From assembly GCA_040377305.1 (NCBI GenBank), contig JBEIPA010000003.1, positions 160,001 to 224,000 of the forward strand: a stretch of DNA of 64,000 nt, given 5' to 3'. Position 1 is the first letter of the stretch. Each line of letters opens with the position of its first letter. The DNA is from Flavobacteriales bacterium (lineage in GTDB: Bacteria > Bacteroidota > Bacteroidia > Palsa-965). A model generated the notes under the pieces. That model was not told where the DNA came from. It worked only from the letters and a program-made list of their open reading frames with translations, and made no database searches. The translations under genes and the position numbers were made by a program. Shown here in pieces: positions 1-9,682 of the stretch.

Positions 1-1
1 T

Positions 2-454
2 TTCTTCATGAAGATCAGTTTCGGTTACGTATCATCGGATGTTGAGTATGGAATTTACACCGACTATCTCGCGATCAACGACGTAAGACAAAGTGTGAAG
101 CAGGTTCTGACATATGGCGACATCATCAAGTTGCAGGAAGAATCTGAACGCGTGTATGTGCATCCGGAAATTATTCGTGCAGTCGTGAACATTACACAGG
201 CAACACGCAAGAATCCCGATATCTCTGTGGGCTGTTCAACCCGGGGTGGAATTATTTTCATTCGTTGCCTCAAATCATGGGCATTGGTGAATCAGCGCAA
301 CTATGTGACTGAGGACGATATCAAAATGATTGCGCATGTAGTTTTGCATCACCGCATGATCTTCCGTAACCGTGAAGGCACGGCGAATGCATTGAACAAT
401 ATCGTGAATCAGGAAATTCAGCGTTTGTCACGAGTTAGTATAACGAATCAATGA
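2..454 (+). CDS. MoxR-family AAA+ ATPase, C-terminal part (5' truncated by window edge)
   Basis: Frame is open from the window start. FFMKISFGY, then lid motifs TRKNPDISVGCSTRG, RNYVTEDDIK and VVLHHRM typical of the MoxR AAA_3 lid. Confidence 0.85.
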   Translation, partial: FFMKISFGYVSSDVEYGIYTDYLAINDVRQSVKQVLTYGDIIKLQEESERVYVHPEIIRAVVNITQATRKNPDISVGCSTRGGIIFIRCLKSWALVNQRNYVTEDDIKMIAHVVLHHRMIFRNREGTANALNNIVNQEIQRLSRVSITNQ

Positions 455-457
455 GGA

Positions 458-482
458 AATCCTGACGATTACTGTCAGGATT
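458..482 (+). terminator. Hairpin after the MoxR stop (possible terminator or processing stem)
   Basis: AATCCTGAC-gattact-GTCAGGATT, 9-bp stem; U-tract is weak. Confidence 0.4.
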
Positions 483-512
483 CACGAATTCAAAATTTGG
501 AAATATTATAGA

Positions 513-2747
513 ATGAGTAAATTAGTTCCTGTACTCGCATTGCTGCTTCTGTCGAAGGCTCTTTCTGCTTTCGATGAGGAAGAACGTCGTTCGATTGATA
601 TCGATCGCCGCAGCCTTGTATTCAGTTCACAGGAAGCTTTCGAGAAATCGCGGGAGTTCATTCGTCGCGACAGTACCTATTACATCGGATGGATGTACCA
701 GGGTGCTTATCTCAATGATCGGGCAAACGATGAGAAAGGATTCGTTCAGGCAATCAAACCCTTGCAGAAGGCACTCGATCTCATTGAACGCGATTACGAC
801 AAGCAATTACGAACGCGTACCAATGATTACATCGGATATCTCGGTGTAAGTTATCTGCATAACGATTACTCGATCATCGCGAATTGGCTGGCAGGTGCGT
901 ATCAGAATATTGAGAATGCACAGGCTGCTTATGATGTGCTCATGCGTGTCAAGCAGCGTGATATGCAATACGAGTACTCTGTTGATTCGTGGAATACGCT
1001 TGCCTGGATTTACCACCGCAACCGCATGTATACTTCAGAGAAATTTCCTTTCCTGCTGAATTCGGTAGCGGAAAATGATTCTGTGGCTTACGATTGTCTC
1101 GACTCAGCAATCGCGAAGACGCAGCGTGACCTGGAAATATGTAACGGGTTGTTTGACGCATCGGTGTTTAATGCACGTTACTACTTCACGTATCACTACA
1201 AAGTAATTCTGTTCACGTACGACTTCGAGCTTGACTCTGCGGATTACTACTACGACATTCTGCTGCAATCGGGTTACTACAGCAGCAACAACTACGCGAA
1301 TTACATGTACATGAAAGGAGAATTCTCCATCGCGGAGCAGTTCTACCTGGAAGCAGAAAACCGCGATTATTCAACGGAGAAGCACACACGCGAATACTAT
1401 TACATGCGTGGATTGCTGGAAGTGAATCGCGCTACACCACAGCGTGCGGATAGTTTGCTCAAAGTGGTGATCAATAAGGATGGGCAAACACCGGGTTATG
1501 GCTGGCACAATATTGCATTAGCCCGTGCGCAATCGTATGAAGGACTAACAACTATTTCACAACGGACGCTTAATGGTGCTGCGCGTTTCGAAGAATTACA
1601 CATTGGCACAACATGGGGAGAGGAGCAGTACAATCTTTCCGTCGCGATGCTGAATTACGTCAACCAACTTCACTTTGAGAGCGAATATTACTTTGAGAAC
1701 AACCAATGGTATTTCTGGTTGAATCCGGTGAATTGGTACAAAGCCATTGAATTCAAAGTACGCGTGCATCACTTCAAACTGATTTTAGTTTCATTGGTTG
1801 CTTCGAATCCGGAACGTGCTGCCGTGCTTTACCCGCTTTTCTCTTCTGAAAATCTGTTGAGTTGGGATGAGTCGTGGCAGATGCTGGACGGCTTCAGCGA
1901 TAAATATTTCATCGATGTGTATGAAAAGATGCTGGAGGACGATCCGCGTCCGGGTGTGAAAAACTATATCAAGTTTGTTCTCGCAAAACTTTACATCTCG
2001 CGTGGAGATGAAGATGTGGGACTTGTGTACCTCGAAGAAATTTACGCTGAGCTATCGAACGAACGCATGGATTTCGACAATATGTTGTACGCGCGTACGT
2101 GTGAAGCAATTGCACTAATATCTGATGGCGATCTCAAACAGGAATGGTTGAACGAAGCGTATAATACGTTTCCGCAAATGATTCCGTACAGCAACGAGAA
2201 ACTAAAGTTTAACGTGACTGTTGATGGAGAAGCTTACGAACCAACAACAACCGAACTGATTGGTCGCGCTGCAATAGGAATTCTGCTTACGACAATTGTG
2301 TTGGCAGTCCTATATGGTTTTGCCAGAAAGTACTTCCGTTTCAGGCACAAAGCGAAATGGGTGTACATTCCTGCAACATCAATTACGATTGCAATGATCA
2401 TTCTTATTTTGATCAACATCGGTAATCGTTCGAAGCTCAGTCTGGAAAAGCAGATCATGTTGAGTCTCGCGGAATGCAACGTTGGCTTCACAGATGATTC
2501 TTCAGCACCAACCGCAGATTTCAAATTTGTTGAAAGCGATTCTTCACTGACTGTGGAGTACATAGTCATAGATTCCGATGATCGTGTAGTGAATGAAGGT
2601 TCTTACACGGTTGATGAGAGCAAACCAAACCTCGCCGGAATTGTGCTTGCATACCGGATGTTTAAGATTGACATCAGTTACAACACGACGGTTGATGCGG
2701 TTGACGTAAATGGTGAAACTCCGGAAGCAGAGGCTGCTGAGAACTAG
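513..2747 (+). CDS. Exported helical/TPR-like hypothetical protein with two C-proximal TM helices
   Basis: 744 aa ORF with an N-terminal signal peptide, Tyr-rich TPR-like helices, and a hydrophobic hairpin AAIGILL...IILILINI near the C-terminus. Confidence 0.75.
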   Translation: MSKLVPVLALLLLSKALSAFDEEERRSIDIDRRSLVFSSQEAFEKSREFIRRDSTYYIGWMYQGAYLNDRANDEKGFVQAIKPLQKALDLIERDYDKQLRTRTNDYIGYLGVSYLHNDYSIIANWLAGAYQNIENAQAAYDVLMRVKQRDMQYEYSVDSWNTLAWIYHRNRMYTSEKFPFLLNSVAENDSVAYDCLDSAIAKTQRDLEICNGLFDASVFNARYYFTYHYKVILFTYDFELDSADYYYDILLQSGYYSSNNYANYMYMKGEFSIAEQFYLEAENRDYSTEKHTREYYYMRGLLEVNRATPQRADSLLKVVINKDGQTPGYGWHNIALARAQSYEGLTTISQRTLNGAARFEELHIGTTWGEEQYNLSVAMLNYVNQLHFESEYYFENNQWYFWLNPVNWYKAIEFKVRVHHFKLILVSLVASNPERAAVLYPLFSSENLLSWDESWQMLDGFSDKYFIDVYEKMLEDDPRPGVKNYIKFVLAKLYISRGDEDVGLVYLEEIYAELSNERMDFDNMLYARTCEAIALISDGDLKQEWLNEAYNTFPQMIPYSNEKLKFNVTVDGEAYEPTTTELIGRAAIGILLTTIVLAVLYGFARKYFRFRHKAKWVYIPATSITIAMIILILINIGNRSKLSLEKQIMLSLAECNVGFTDDSSAPTADFKFVESDSSLTVEYIVIDSDDRVVNEGSYTVDESKPNLAGIVLAYRMFKIDISYNTTVDAVDVNGETPEAEAAEN

Positions 2748-2772
2748 ACTCTGATGGTCGCTTCGCTCTCTG

Positions 2773-2890
2773 TTTCACCACAGAGACACGGCGAGCACGG
2801 CGAAAATGGATTTCGTCATATTTAATCTTAACGTCGTTGTAGCTAAAAATAGAATACAAGAAGCCGTGCTCGCCGTGCCTCCGTGGTAAA
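2773..2890. repeat. Inverted pair of short tandem repeats (CACGGCGAG-type units)
   Basis: TTTCACCACAGAGACACGGCGAGCACGGC ... GCCGTGCTCGCCGTGCCTCCGTGGTAAA between convergent genes. Confidence 0.9.
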
Positions 2891-2908
2891 GGCTGAGCAT
2901 CGTGAAGC

Positions 2909-4174
2909 TTAAGTCTTTTGATGCTTCTTTCGTGCAGCAGGAAAAAGAATGTTGTTCAGAATAAGTCTGTAACCCGGAGAGTTGGGATACAAGGATAAAT
3001 CCGTTGGTGGTTCTTCCACACGATGCTGATAATCCTCCGGATCGTGGCCGCCGTAAAATGTGTACATGCCTTTACCGGCTTCACCGTGAATGTAACGTGC
3101 TTCGTTGATCGCTTTGTTCTCACCCATGATGAGCACTTCCGGTTTTACAAGTGCTTTGTCGAATCCTGTTGTTTGTCCCCAGAAACCTTTGACGAGGTTC
3201 GCGTGGTTCTGACACAACATCGTTGGAATCGGATCCCACTTTGCTGAAAATTCGAAAAGCGAAAAATAATCGTTCGTTTCAGTCACACCACGTGATGTGC
3301 GTGTACCGTATGTATCGATGTCGGAGAATTCATACTCGGTTGAATTCAGTTTCAGGTGAAAGTTTGTGAATGCAAAACACTTCGTATAATCAAGCTTTGT
3401 ATTCATCTTCGGATCGAATCCGTCTCCGTCGTACATTTTATCGCAGATGTCAACGCCTTCCGCAGCGAGTGCAATATCGTAGGAGTCAGTTGCTGAGCAC
3501 ATCGCAAACAGAAAGCCTCCGCCCGCAACAAATTCTTTGATCTTCTTCGCAACGGCGAGCTTGAGTTCAGAAACTTTTGCGAAACCTAATCTGTTCGCAG
3601 TTGCTTCGTTGCTTGCTACATCCGCTTTGTACCACGGCGCATGCTGAAATCCAAGCCAGAATCGTCCGTACTGACCCGTGAAATCTTCGTGGTGCAAATG
3701 CAGCCAATCGTATTTCGGAAGAACTCCTCCGATTACTTTGTCATCGTAAATGGTGTCGTAAGGAATATCGGCGTACTTGAGTACCATCGTTACCGCATCA
3801 TCCCATGGTTGTTTGTTCGACGGCGTGTACACTGCAATCTTCGGTGGCTTTTCGAGCTTCACTGCATCCATGTTCACAGACGGTGAAGAAATCTCAGCGA
3901 GAATCCCGTTTGCCATGACATCCGGAATGACTTCGAACTTCACGTTCATGACCTGGCATTCCTGCTCGTCTTCCTTCGTGTACGGAAACATAAAGCTTCC
4001 GTAGCGGTAGTTGAGCAACCAGTATGCTTCCCCACCGCGATTGAGCACTTTGTACGTGATTCCATACGCACGCAGGTGATCGCTCTGCTGCTCATCCATA
4101 GGAATGAGAATTTGTGCAGCACGAACAGACGTGAAGAGAAAGGCAAATACAATGAAAATTCCGAGACGCATCAT
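2909..4174 (-). CDS. Conserved exported Bacteroidota protein with a class I glutamine amidotransferase-like region (family often auto-labelled asparagine synthetase B)
   Basis: Signal peptide; motifs QPWDDAVT, DWLHLHHEDFTGQYG, GGFLFAMCSATD (nucleophile-elbow Cys) and GGHDPED. Confidence 0.75.
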   Translation of the reverse strand: MMRLGIFIVFAFLFTSVRAAQILIPMDEQQSDHLRAYGITYKVLNRGGEAYWLLNYRYGSFMFPYTKEDEQECQVMNVKFEVIPDVMANGILAEISSPSVNMDAVKLEKPPKIAVYTPSNKQPWDDAVTMVLKYADIPYDTIYDDKVIGGVLPKYDWLHLHHEDFTGQYGRFWLGFQHAPWYKADVASNEATANRLGFAKVSELKLAVAKKIKEFVAGGGFLFAMCSATDSYDIALAAEGVDICDKMYDGDGFDPKMNTKLDYTKCFAFTNFHLKLNSTEYEFSDIDTYGTRTSRGVTETNDYFSLFEFSAKWDPIPTMLCQNHANLVKGFWGQTTGFDKALVKPEVLIMGENKAINEARYIHGEAGKGMYTFYGGHDPEDYQHRVEEPPTDLSLYPNSPGYRLILNNILFPAARKKHQKT

Positions 4175-4289
4175 GACAGTGAGATAGCCAATATTGTACC
4201 GAATTTACGGGTTTTTGAGAGGCTTTAGACGTTAATTTGTCACAAACCATTCGAGCCAATAGGAACTTTGGGCTGTCTGCGACGCTCAT

Positions 4290-4315
4290 CACGGCGACAC
4301 GGCGGGCACGGCGGC
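4290..4315. repeat. Single arm of CACGGCG-type tandem repeat
   Basis: CACGGCGACACGGCGGGCACGGCGGC; related to 2773-2890, no adjacent partner arm. Confidence 0.65.
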
Positions 4316-4545
4316 AATTATGTTGTTATTCGTTCTATGCGTGATCTGCAGGATTTCCTGAAGAAGAAAATTCTGAAGCAGGATGAAGCGGGTGGGAGGA
4401 GTACGGGGTATTTGTTGAAAGTGTGAGCGCTGATTGGGTAGATAAATGTGCTTGGCTGAGTGCTGATTCTTAATTTCAGATGTGAGTTCAGAAAAGGCGG
4501 AGAAAAGTTAATGGCAATTTCTTAAGGAATACTGCACCTTCCGGT

Positions 4546-5004
4546 TTACAGCTTCGTTTTATTCTTTCGTCTTTTCAGTGCAGTTTCATAACGGGCTTTT
4601 TCTACTGCTGTTTTCGGCGATACTGCAGCCACTGTCGTAATTTTCCCGTGATCATTGATGGCTACAAAGGTGAAGAACGCGGAACTGATTGTATAGGTAT
4701 TTCGACTGACTATGTTCGTTGCTGTGGCTTCCACGAAAATTTCCATTGAACTGTTAAAGGAGCGGGTAATCACTGCGACAATTTCAATAATGTCTCCGAT
4801 ACGTGCTGAACTTTTGAAGTTGACGGTATTGATAGAGGCCGTAACGCAAATGTGTCCCGTGTGACGTTGAGCACACACCGCCGCAGCTACGTCCATCCAT
4901 TCAACCAGATGGCCTCCCAGGAGTAATCCCATAGGATTTGTGTGATTGGAGCAAACAACTTCTGTCTTTGTGGTAATGCTTTGCTTTGGTGATTTCGCTT
5001 TCAT
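4546..5004 (-). CDS. Acyl-CoA thioesterase (hotdog fold, YciA-like)
   Basis: HTNPMGLLLGGHLVEWMDVAA, VTAS...F, SSMEIFVE, AFFTFVAI. Confidence 0.9.
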   Translation of the reverse strand: MKAKSPKQSITTKTEVVCSNHTNPMGLLLGGHLVEWMDVAAAVCAQRHTGHICVTASINTVNFKSSARIGDIIEIVAVITRSFNSSMEIFVEATATNIVSRNTYTISSAFFTFVAINDHGKITTVAAVSPKTAVEKARYETALKRRKNKTKL

Positions 5005-5148
5005 GTGTTACATGCTTATTGCAAACTGTTTCTGTATTGAAACTTTGCAGGGAGGGAATGAATCAAGGTGAATACTGATTTGAAAAGCAAAAGTACAATA
5101 GCACCCTGCGGGAAAACATGATTTGCAGCAGCAAAAAAACCGAAGGTT

Positions 5149-5162
5149 ATGATGTGGGTCAT
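5149..5162. promoter_or_regulatory. Putative Crp/Fnr-family site (TGA-N6-TCA)
   Basis: ATGATGTGGGTCAT in the divergent intergenic region; one-mismatch copies at 5119 and 5309. Confidence 0.45.
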
Positions 5163-5379
5163 GGTGAAATATATCGCGGAGCAGTTCCTTTGTTGTACCA
5201 ATATGATCGGGCTACGAATACTGAGCAACATGCATTTGAATGGAAGTGGATTGGTTTAAACGTAATGGACAAACACCTGGGATTAGCGCATGATTCAAAG
5301 TGCTTTCCTGATTTGATCCAACGCAATGCGGAAGTTGGCGCTGATCTTTATTTATTTACTCATTAAATAAAGTATAGTT

Positions 5380-5835
5380 ATGGACACATCTCACGATTAT
5401 GAAGTGCGGCTCAATTGGCTCTCAGCACGTATGGGTGTTGTTTCTTCACCTGATCTTGAAGAACGTATTGTGGTTGCTACGCCACCGGAATTCCCTGGTG
5501 GAGTAAGCGGAATCTGGTCGCCGGAACATTTATTTGTAGCAGCAATCAGCAGCTGCTTCATGACAACGTTTCTGTCGATCGCGGAGAAGTCACGACTGAA
5601 CTTTAAAGGATTTACCTGTGCCGCAACAGGTAAACTCGAATTAGTTGATAAAGCTTATCTAATGACTGAAGTCGTACTTAAGCCTCATTTGATCATCACG
5701 CGTTTGGAAGATCAGGATAAAGCCTTGCAACTGTTGCACAAATCCGAGAAGCATTGTCTTATTTCTAATTCTGTGAATTCAAAAATATCGGTTGAGCCAG
5801 TTGTCACGATTGAAGCCATGACCAGTGCACTCTGA
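5380..5835 (+). CDS. OsmC/Ohr family protein
   Basis: VATPPEFPGG..WSPEHLFVAAISSCFMTT and second Cys in EKHCLISNS. Confidence 0.9.
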   Translation: MDTSHDYEVRLNWLSARMGVVSSPDLEERIVVATPPEFPGGVSGIWSPEHLFVAAISSCFMTTFLSIAEKSRLNFKGFTCAATGKLELVDKAYLMTEVVLKPHLIITRLEDQDKALQLLHKSEKHCLISNSVNSKISVEPVVTIEAMTSAL

Positions 5836-5921
5836 TTGGTGTACAAGCTGCAGGCGATTCGCAAACAAAACATTTCTGGCTTGAGTACGCGTAGAAACAC
5901 CGGGTGCATTTATCCCAAAAC

Positions 5922-5955
5922 TGATCTGTGTCAGGTTCTGCATTGAGGCTGGTCA
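5922..5955. promoter_or_regulatory. Two tandem putative Crp/Fnr-family sites upstream of hemN
   Basis: TGATCTGTGTCA (5922-5933) and TGAGGCTGGTCA (5944-5955), starts 22 bp apart. Confidence 0.5.
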
Positions 5956-6005
5956 TGGCAGTAAAGTGATGTGGAATATATTTTTGTTGCAAACGAATCG
6001 AGATC

Positions 6006-7352
6006 ATGCGTCAACTTCTTGAGCGGTACAATAAACCTATTCCGCGGTACACCAGTTACCCGCCGGTTCCTTGCTGGGATTCAACTGCTCCGCAATCTAC
6101 AGATTGGTTTCGGGATGTGCGCGATGCATGGAATACCGGTGACCATCAATTGAGTCTTTATATCCATTTACTATTCTGTGAGAGTCTTTGCACCTATTGC
6201 GCTTGCAATACGAGGATTACCACAGACCATCGGGTAGAGGAGCCCTATATCCAACGCCTTCTGAAAGAATGGTCATTGTACCTCGACGCAATTGACGAAA
6301 CGCCGATCCTCAATGAATTTCATTTAGGTGGAGGTACACCAACTTTCTTCAGCGCAAATAATCTTAGCCAGCTCCTAAGTGGAATCCTTTCCACTGCACA
6401 ACTAACCAAAAATGCAATCTTGAGTTTTGAGGCTCATCCTGCGAGTACTTCTGCGGCACATTTGGAAGCACTCTACAAGAATGGTTTTAGAAGAATGAGC
6501 CTGGGAATTCAGGATTTCGATCCGCGTGTGCAGCAACTGATCAACCGTAAGCAAACAGAAACACAGGTGCGCTCCATTACCAACATTGGACGTAGCATGG
6601 GATTTAATTCAATCAACTACGATCTGATCTACGGGCTACCCGGACAAACACTTGAGTCAATGGGAGAGACAATTCGCAAGGTGTCTGTGCTGCGTCCTGA
6701 TAGAATTGCTTTTTATGGTTACGCCCATGTTCCATCGATGAGACCGGCACAAAGTTCTTATGAGCAACAACTGCCTTCTCCGGAAATGCGCGCAGAATTG
6801 TACTTGTGCGGTCGGGAGTTGTTAGTGAATGCGGGTTATTACGAAGTAGGCCTTGACCACTTTGCTTTGGATGGAGACGAGTTGCTCACTGCTTCGCGTG
6901 CTGGAAAGCTTCACCGCAATTTTATGGGTTACACCGAACATCAATCACCACTTCTTATTGGTCTTGGACCAAGCGCGATAAGTGACTCGGGAACAATGAT
7001 GGCGCAGAACACACATACACTGGAAGATTGGAGTGTTGCAATAGATCGTGGGGAATTGCCAATTGTCAAAGGACATGTGATGACGGCGGAGGATCTGATA
7101 CTCAAGAAACATGTTTTTGATATCATGTGTAATGGTGCAACCGAATGGAATTCCACTTCAGGCCAGATAAAATATCTGGATTCTGTGGTGGGACGGCTTC
7201 TCGAGTTTCACGATAATGGAATGATCCGGCTGGAAGGAAATCGCTTGAAGGTGCTGGAGAAAGGCAGACCATTCCTTAGACATATTGCGAACTGTTTTGA
7301 TGCCCGTTCAGCAAGGCAAAACAAGGAGAAATTAATTTATTCGAAGGCTTAA
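6006..7352 (+). CDS. hemN: Oxygen-independent coproporphyrinogen III oxidase (radical SAM)
   Basis: PRYTSYPP, CESLCTYCAC (CxxxCxxC), GGGTPTF, DLIYGLPGQT, GLDHFA, HRNFMGY. Confidence 0.95.
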   Translation: MRQLLERYNKPIPRYTSYPPVPCWDSTAPQSTDWFRDVRDAWNTGDHQLSLYIHLLFCESLCTYCACNTRITTDHRVEEPYIQRLLKEWSLYLDAIDETPILNEFHLGGGTPTFFSANNLSQLLSGILSTAQLTKNAILSFEAHPASTSAAHLEALYKNGFRRMSLGIQDFDPRVQQLINRKQTETQVRSITNIGRSMGFNSINYDLIYGLPGQTLESMGETIRKVSVLRPDRIAFYGYAHVPSMRPAQSSYEQQLPSPEMRAELYLCGRELLVNAGYYEVGLDHFALDGDELLTASRAGKLHRNFMGYTEHQSPLLIGLGPSAISDSGTMMAQNTHTLEDWSVAIDRGELPIVKGHVMTAEDLILKKHVFDIMCNGATEWNSTSGQIKYLDSVVGRLLEFHDNGMIRLEGNRLKVLEKGRPFLRHIANCFDARSARQNKEKLIYSKA

Positions 7353-7374
7353 CTTCTTTTCTTGATTCGCGTGG

Positions 7375-7392
7375 TCCCGTTAGCTATCGGGA
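7375..7392. repeat. REP-like palindrome, TCCCGATAGCTATCGGGA type
   Basis: TCCCGTTAGCTATCGGGA between convergent genes; second copy at 32791-32808. Confidence 0.75.
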
Positions 7393-7394
7393 TA

Positions 7395-7937
7395 TCATCC
7401 AGCGAAGAAAGCTGAATTCACAGCGCGATAGAGCAGATGTTTTCTCAACGCATGCCCTTCCTCCACCAACGGATGCTCAAACTCTCCTTCACGTTTCATT
7501 CCGATTTTTTCCATCACTCTCCACGAAGGAATATTCTGCGGAACAGCGAATGCTAAAATCTCTGAGAACGATTTTTCTTTGAAGCCCCATTCTGTGCAAG
7601 CACGAGCTGCTTCTGTGCAGTAACCTTTGTTGTGTGCAGACGGAATGAGTCGCCAGAGAATTTCTATGCAGGGAGTGAAGGATGCTTCCCAGCGAGGATG
7701 CGTGAAGCCGATGAATCCTGCGAAGTCGTGAATGCCGGGAACTTCAATTGCGAAAACGCCGAAGCCGTGTTGTTCCCAATGAGCTTGCATGCGATCGATC
7801 ATTGCGATGGTGTCTTCGCGCGTCATGAGCGAAACGAAATGTTTCATGACGATGGGATCCTGGCCCATTAACACCAACGGTTCCAAATCAGAAGGACGGA
7901 ATTGACGGAGAAGTAGTCGTCTCGTGCGAATTTCCAT
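7395..7937 (-). CDS. GNAT acetyltransferase, RimJ/RimL family
   Basis: IRTRRLLLRQF, HNKGYCTEAA, NIPSWRVMEKIGM. Confidence 0.9.
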   Translation of the reverse strand: MEIRTRRLLLRQFRPSDLEPLVLMGQDPIVMKHFVSLMTREDTIAMIDRMQAHWEQHGFGVFAIEVPGIHDFAGFIGFTHPRWEASFTPCIEILWRLIPSAHNKGYCTEAARACTEWGFKEKSFSEILAFAVPQNIPSWRVMEKIGMKREGEFEHPLVEEGHALRKHLLYRAVNSAFFAG

Positions 7938-7939
7938 GC

Positions 7940-8029
7940 GATTCGAAGATTCGAAAAATTTGAAGATTTGAAAAAGCTGTTAAGTCCGAAATGAATTCTC
8001 GAATATTCGAATCTTCAAATATTCAAATT
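7940..8029. repeat. Inverted pair of 8-mer tandem repeats (GATTTGAA / TTCAAATC)
   Basis: GATTCGAAGATTCGAAAAATTTGAAGATTTGAAAA ... TCTCGAATATTCGAATCTTCAAATATTCAAATT, abutting the dnaB stop. Confidence 0.85.
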
Positions 8030-9607
8030 TTAAAACGGATCTTCTTCGATGTCGTTGAGTTTCGAGCCGCGAATAATATTTCCTCCGCCTTGCTGGAAAT
8101 TATTGAAGTCGTCGTTTGGACCGAGGCCGGCTTTTGGATCGTAGTTGCCGTTTGGTGTGTCGTTGGAATAAGTTCCCATTCCGCCCTGATCGAAACCAGA
8201 ATCGACATCCAGGAATTTTGCTAGACGATCGATGAAGCGAAGGTTCACACTTCCTACCGCACCATTACGGTGTTTCGCAATGATGATCTCCGCCATGCCG
8301 TGTGTAGAATTTCCTTCTGCATCCTGCGTCATGCCATAGTATTCCGGACGGTGAATGAACAACACCATATCCGCATCCTGTTCAATCGCACCCGATTCAC
8401 GTAAGTCAGAAAGCTGCGGACGTTTGTCACCTCCACGCGTTTCAACCGCACGACTCAACTGTGAAAGTGCAATCACCGGTATGTTGAGCTCTTTCGCGAT
8501 TGACTTCAATGAACGCGAGATCGTAGAAATTTCCTGTTCACGATTTCCGCGGGAGTTGTCACCACCGGTTGTCATGAGCTGGAGGTAATCGACAATCACC
8601 ATCTGAATATCATGTTGTGCTTTCAGTCGGCGGCATTTTGCACGCATCTCGAAAATGGAAAGTGCAGGCGTATCGTCAATGAAAAGCGGTGCTTCTGAAA
8701 GCTTTCCGATTTTCACGTGAAGCTGTTGCATTTCGTGATCAACGAGTTGACCTTTTTTCAGTTTCTCTGCAGGCAATTCCGCTTCAGCAGAAATCAAACG
8801 CTGAACGAGCTGTACCGACGCCATCTCCAGAGAGAACACTGCGATCGGACGCTGAAAATCTACTGCCGCATTTCGTGCGAGAGTAAGAACGAAAGCCGTT
8901 TTACCCATCGCAGGACGTGCTGCAAGAATCACCAAATCTGAATTCTGCCAACCGGAAGTCATTCGATCGAGATCGGTGAATCCGGATGGAACACCACTCA
9001 CACCGCTCTTCTGATTTTTCGCGGCTTCAATTTGCTGCATCGCCTGACTGATAAGCGAGCTCATTTTGTCGTAGTTCTTGCGGATGTTACCTTCTACAAC
9101 GGAGAAGAGGTTACGTTCCGCATGATCGAGCAAATCGAACACATCGGCAGTTTCTTCGTATGCATCGCGGATTGTGTCGCTGGAAATGCGGATCAATTCG
9201 CGCTGAATATATTTCTGTGCAATGATACGCGCGTGGAATTCAACGTTTGCTGAACTCGCTACGCGGTTGGTTAGCTGTGAGATATAATAGGCACCACCAA
9301 CAATCTCAAGTTCACCGGTTCTTTTCAGTTCCTGGGTAACGGTGAGAATGTCAATCGGTTCAGAACGCTGGAAGAGGTTTTGAATAGCCCCGAAAATGCG
9401 TCCATGTGCTTCCTTATAAAACGATTTTGGTTGCAGAATGTCGATAACCGCAGTCAAAGCATCCTTTTCGAGCATGAGTGCACCCAACACAGCTTCCTCC
9501 AACTCAACGGCTTGCGGAGGCAGCTTTCCAATTTCATACAACTGCTGAGATACCTGCGAAAATTGGGCAGTTCGGCGTGTTGTATTTTTTTTCTCTTCGG
9601 TACTCAT
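8030..9607 (-). CDS. dnaB: Replicative DNA helicase
   Basis: LPPQAVELEEAVLG, Walker A AARPAMGKT, IVDYLQL, LSQLSR, DLRESGAIEQDAD, AKHRNG; no intein. Confidence 0.98.
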   Translation of the reverse strand: MSTEEKKNTTRRTAQFSQVSQQLYEIGKLPPQAVELEEAVLGALMLEKDALTAVIDILQPKSFYKEAHGRIFGAIQNLFQRSEPIDILTVTQELKRTGELEIVGGAYYISQLTNRVASSANVEFHARIIAQKYIQRELIRISSDTIRDAYEETADVFDLLDHAERNLFSVVEGNIRKNYDKMSSLISQAMQQIEAAKNQKSGVSGVPSGFTDLDRMTSGWQNSDLVILAARPAMGKTAFVLTLARNAAVDFQRPIAVFSLEMASVQLVQRLISAEAELPAEKLKKGQLVDHEMQQLHVKIGKLSEAPLFIDDTPALSIFEMRAKCRRLKAQHDIQMVIVDYLQLMTTGGDNSRGNREQEISTISRSLKSIAKELNIPVIALSQLSRAVETRGGDKRPQLSDLRESGAIEQDADMVLFIHRPEYYGMTQDAEGNSTHGMAEIIIAKHRNGAVGSVNLRFIDRLAKFLDVDSGFDQGGMGTYSNDTPNGNYDPKAGLGPNDDFNNFQQGGGNIIRGSKLNDIEEDPF

Positions 9608-9635
9608 TACAGCGGATTATTTTTTGAAAGGGCTC

Positions 9636-9643
9636 CAAAAGTA
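9636..9643 (-). promoter_or_regulatory. Bacteroidota sigma-A -7 element for dnaB
   Basis: TACTTTTG on the minus strand matches TAnnTTTG. Confidence 0.65.
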
Positions 9644-9673
9644 TACAAAACACGGACGTGTGCGGGGCGGGAC

Positions 9674-9682
9674 TTATCCACA
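9674..9682. promoter_or_regulatory. DnaA box upstream of the dnaB promoter
   Basis: Perfect TTATCCACA. Confidence 0.55.

Noticed and set aside
5118-5366. 82-aa ORF upstream of the OsmC gene
   Set aside because: No recognisable motifs, and it overlaps putative regulatory sites in a divergent promoter region.
8030-9607. Intein in DnaB
   Set aside because: The 525-aa length is accounted for by a low-complexity C-terminal tail, and the helicase motifs are contiguous.
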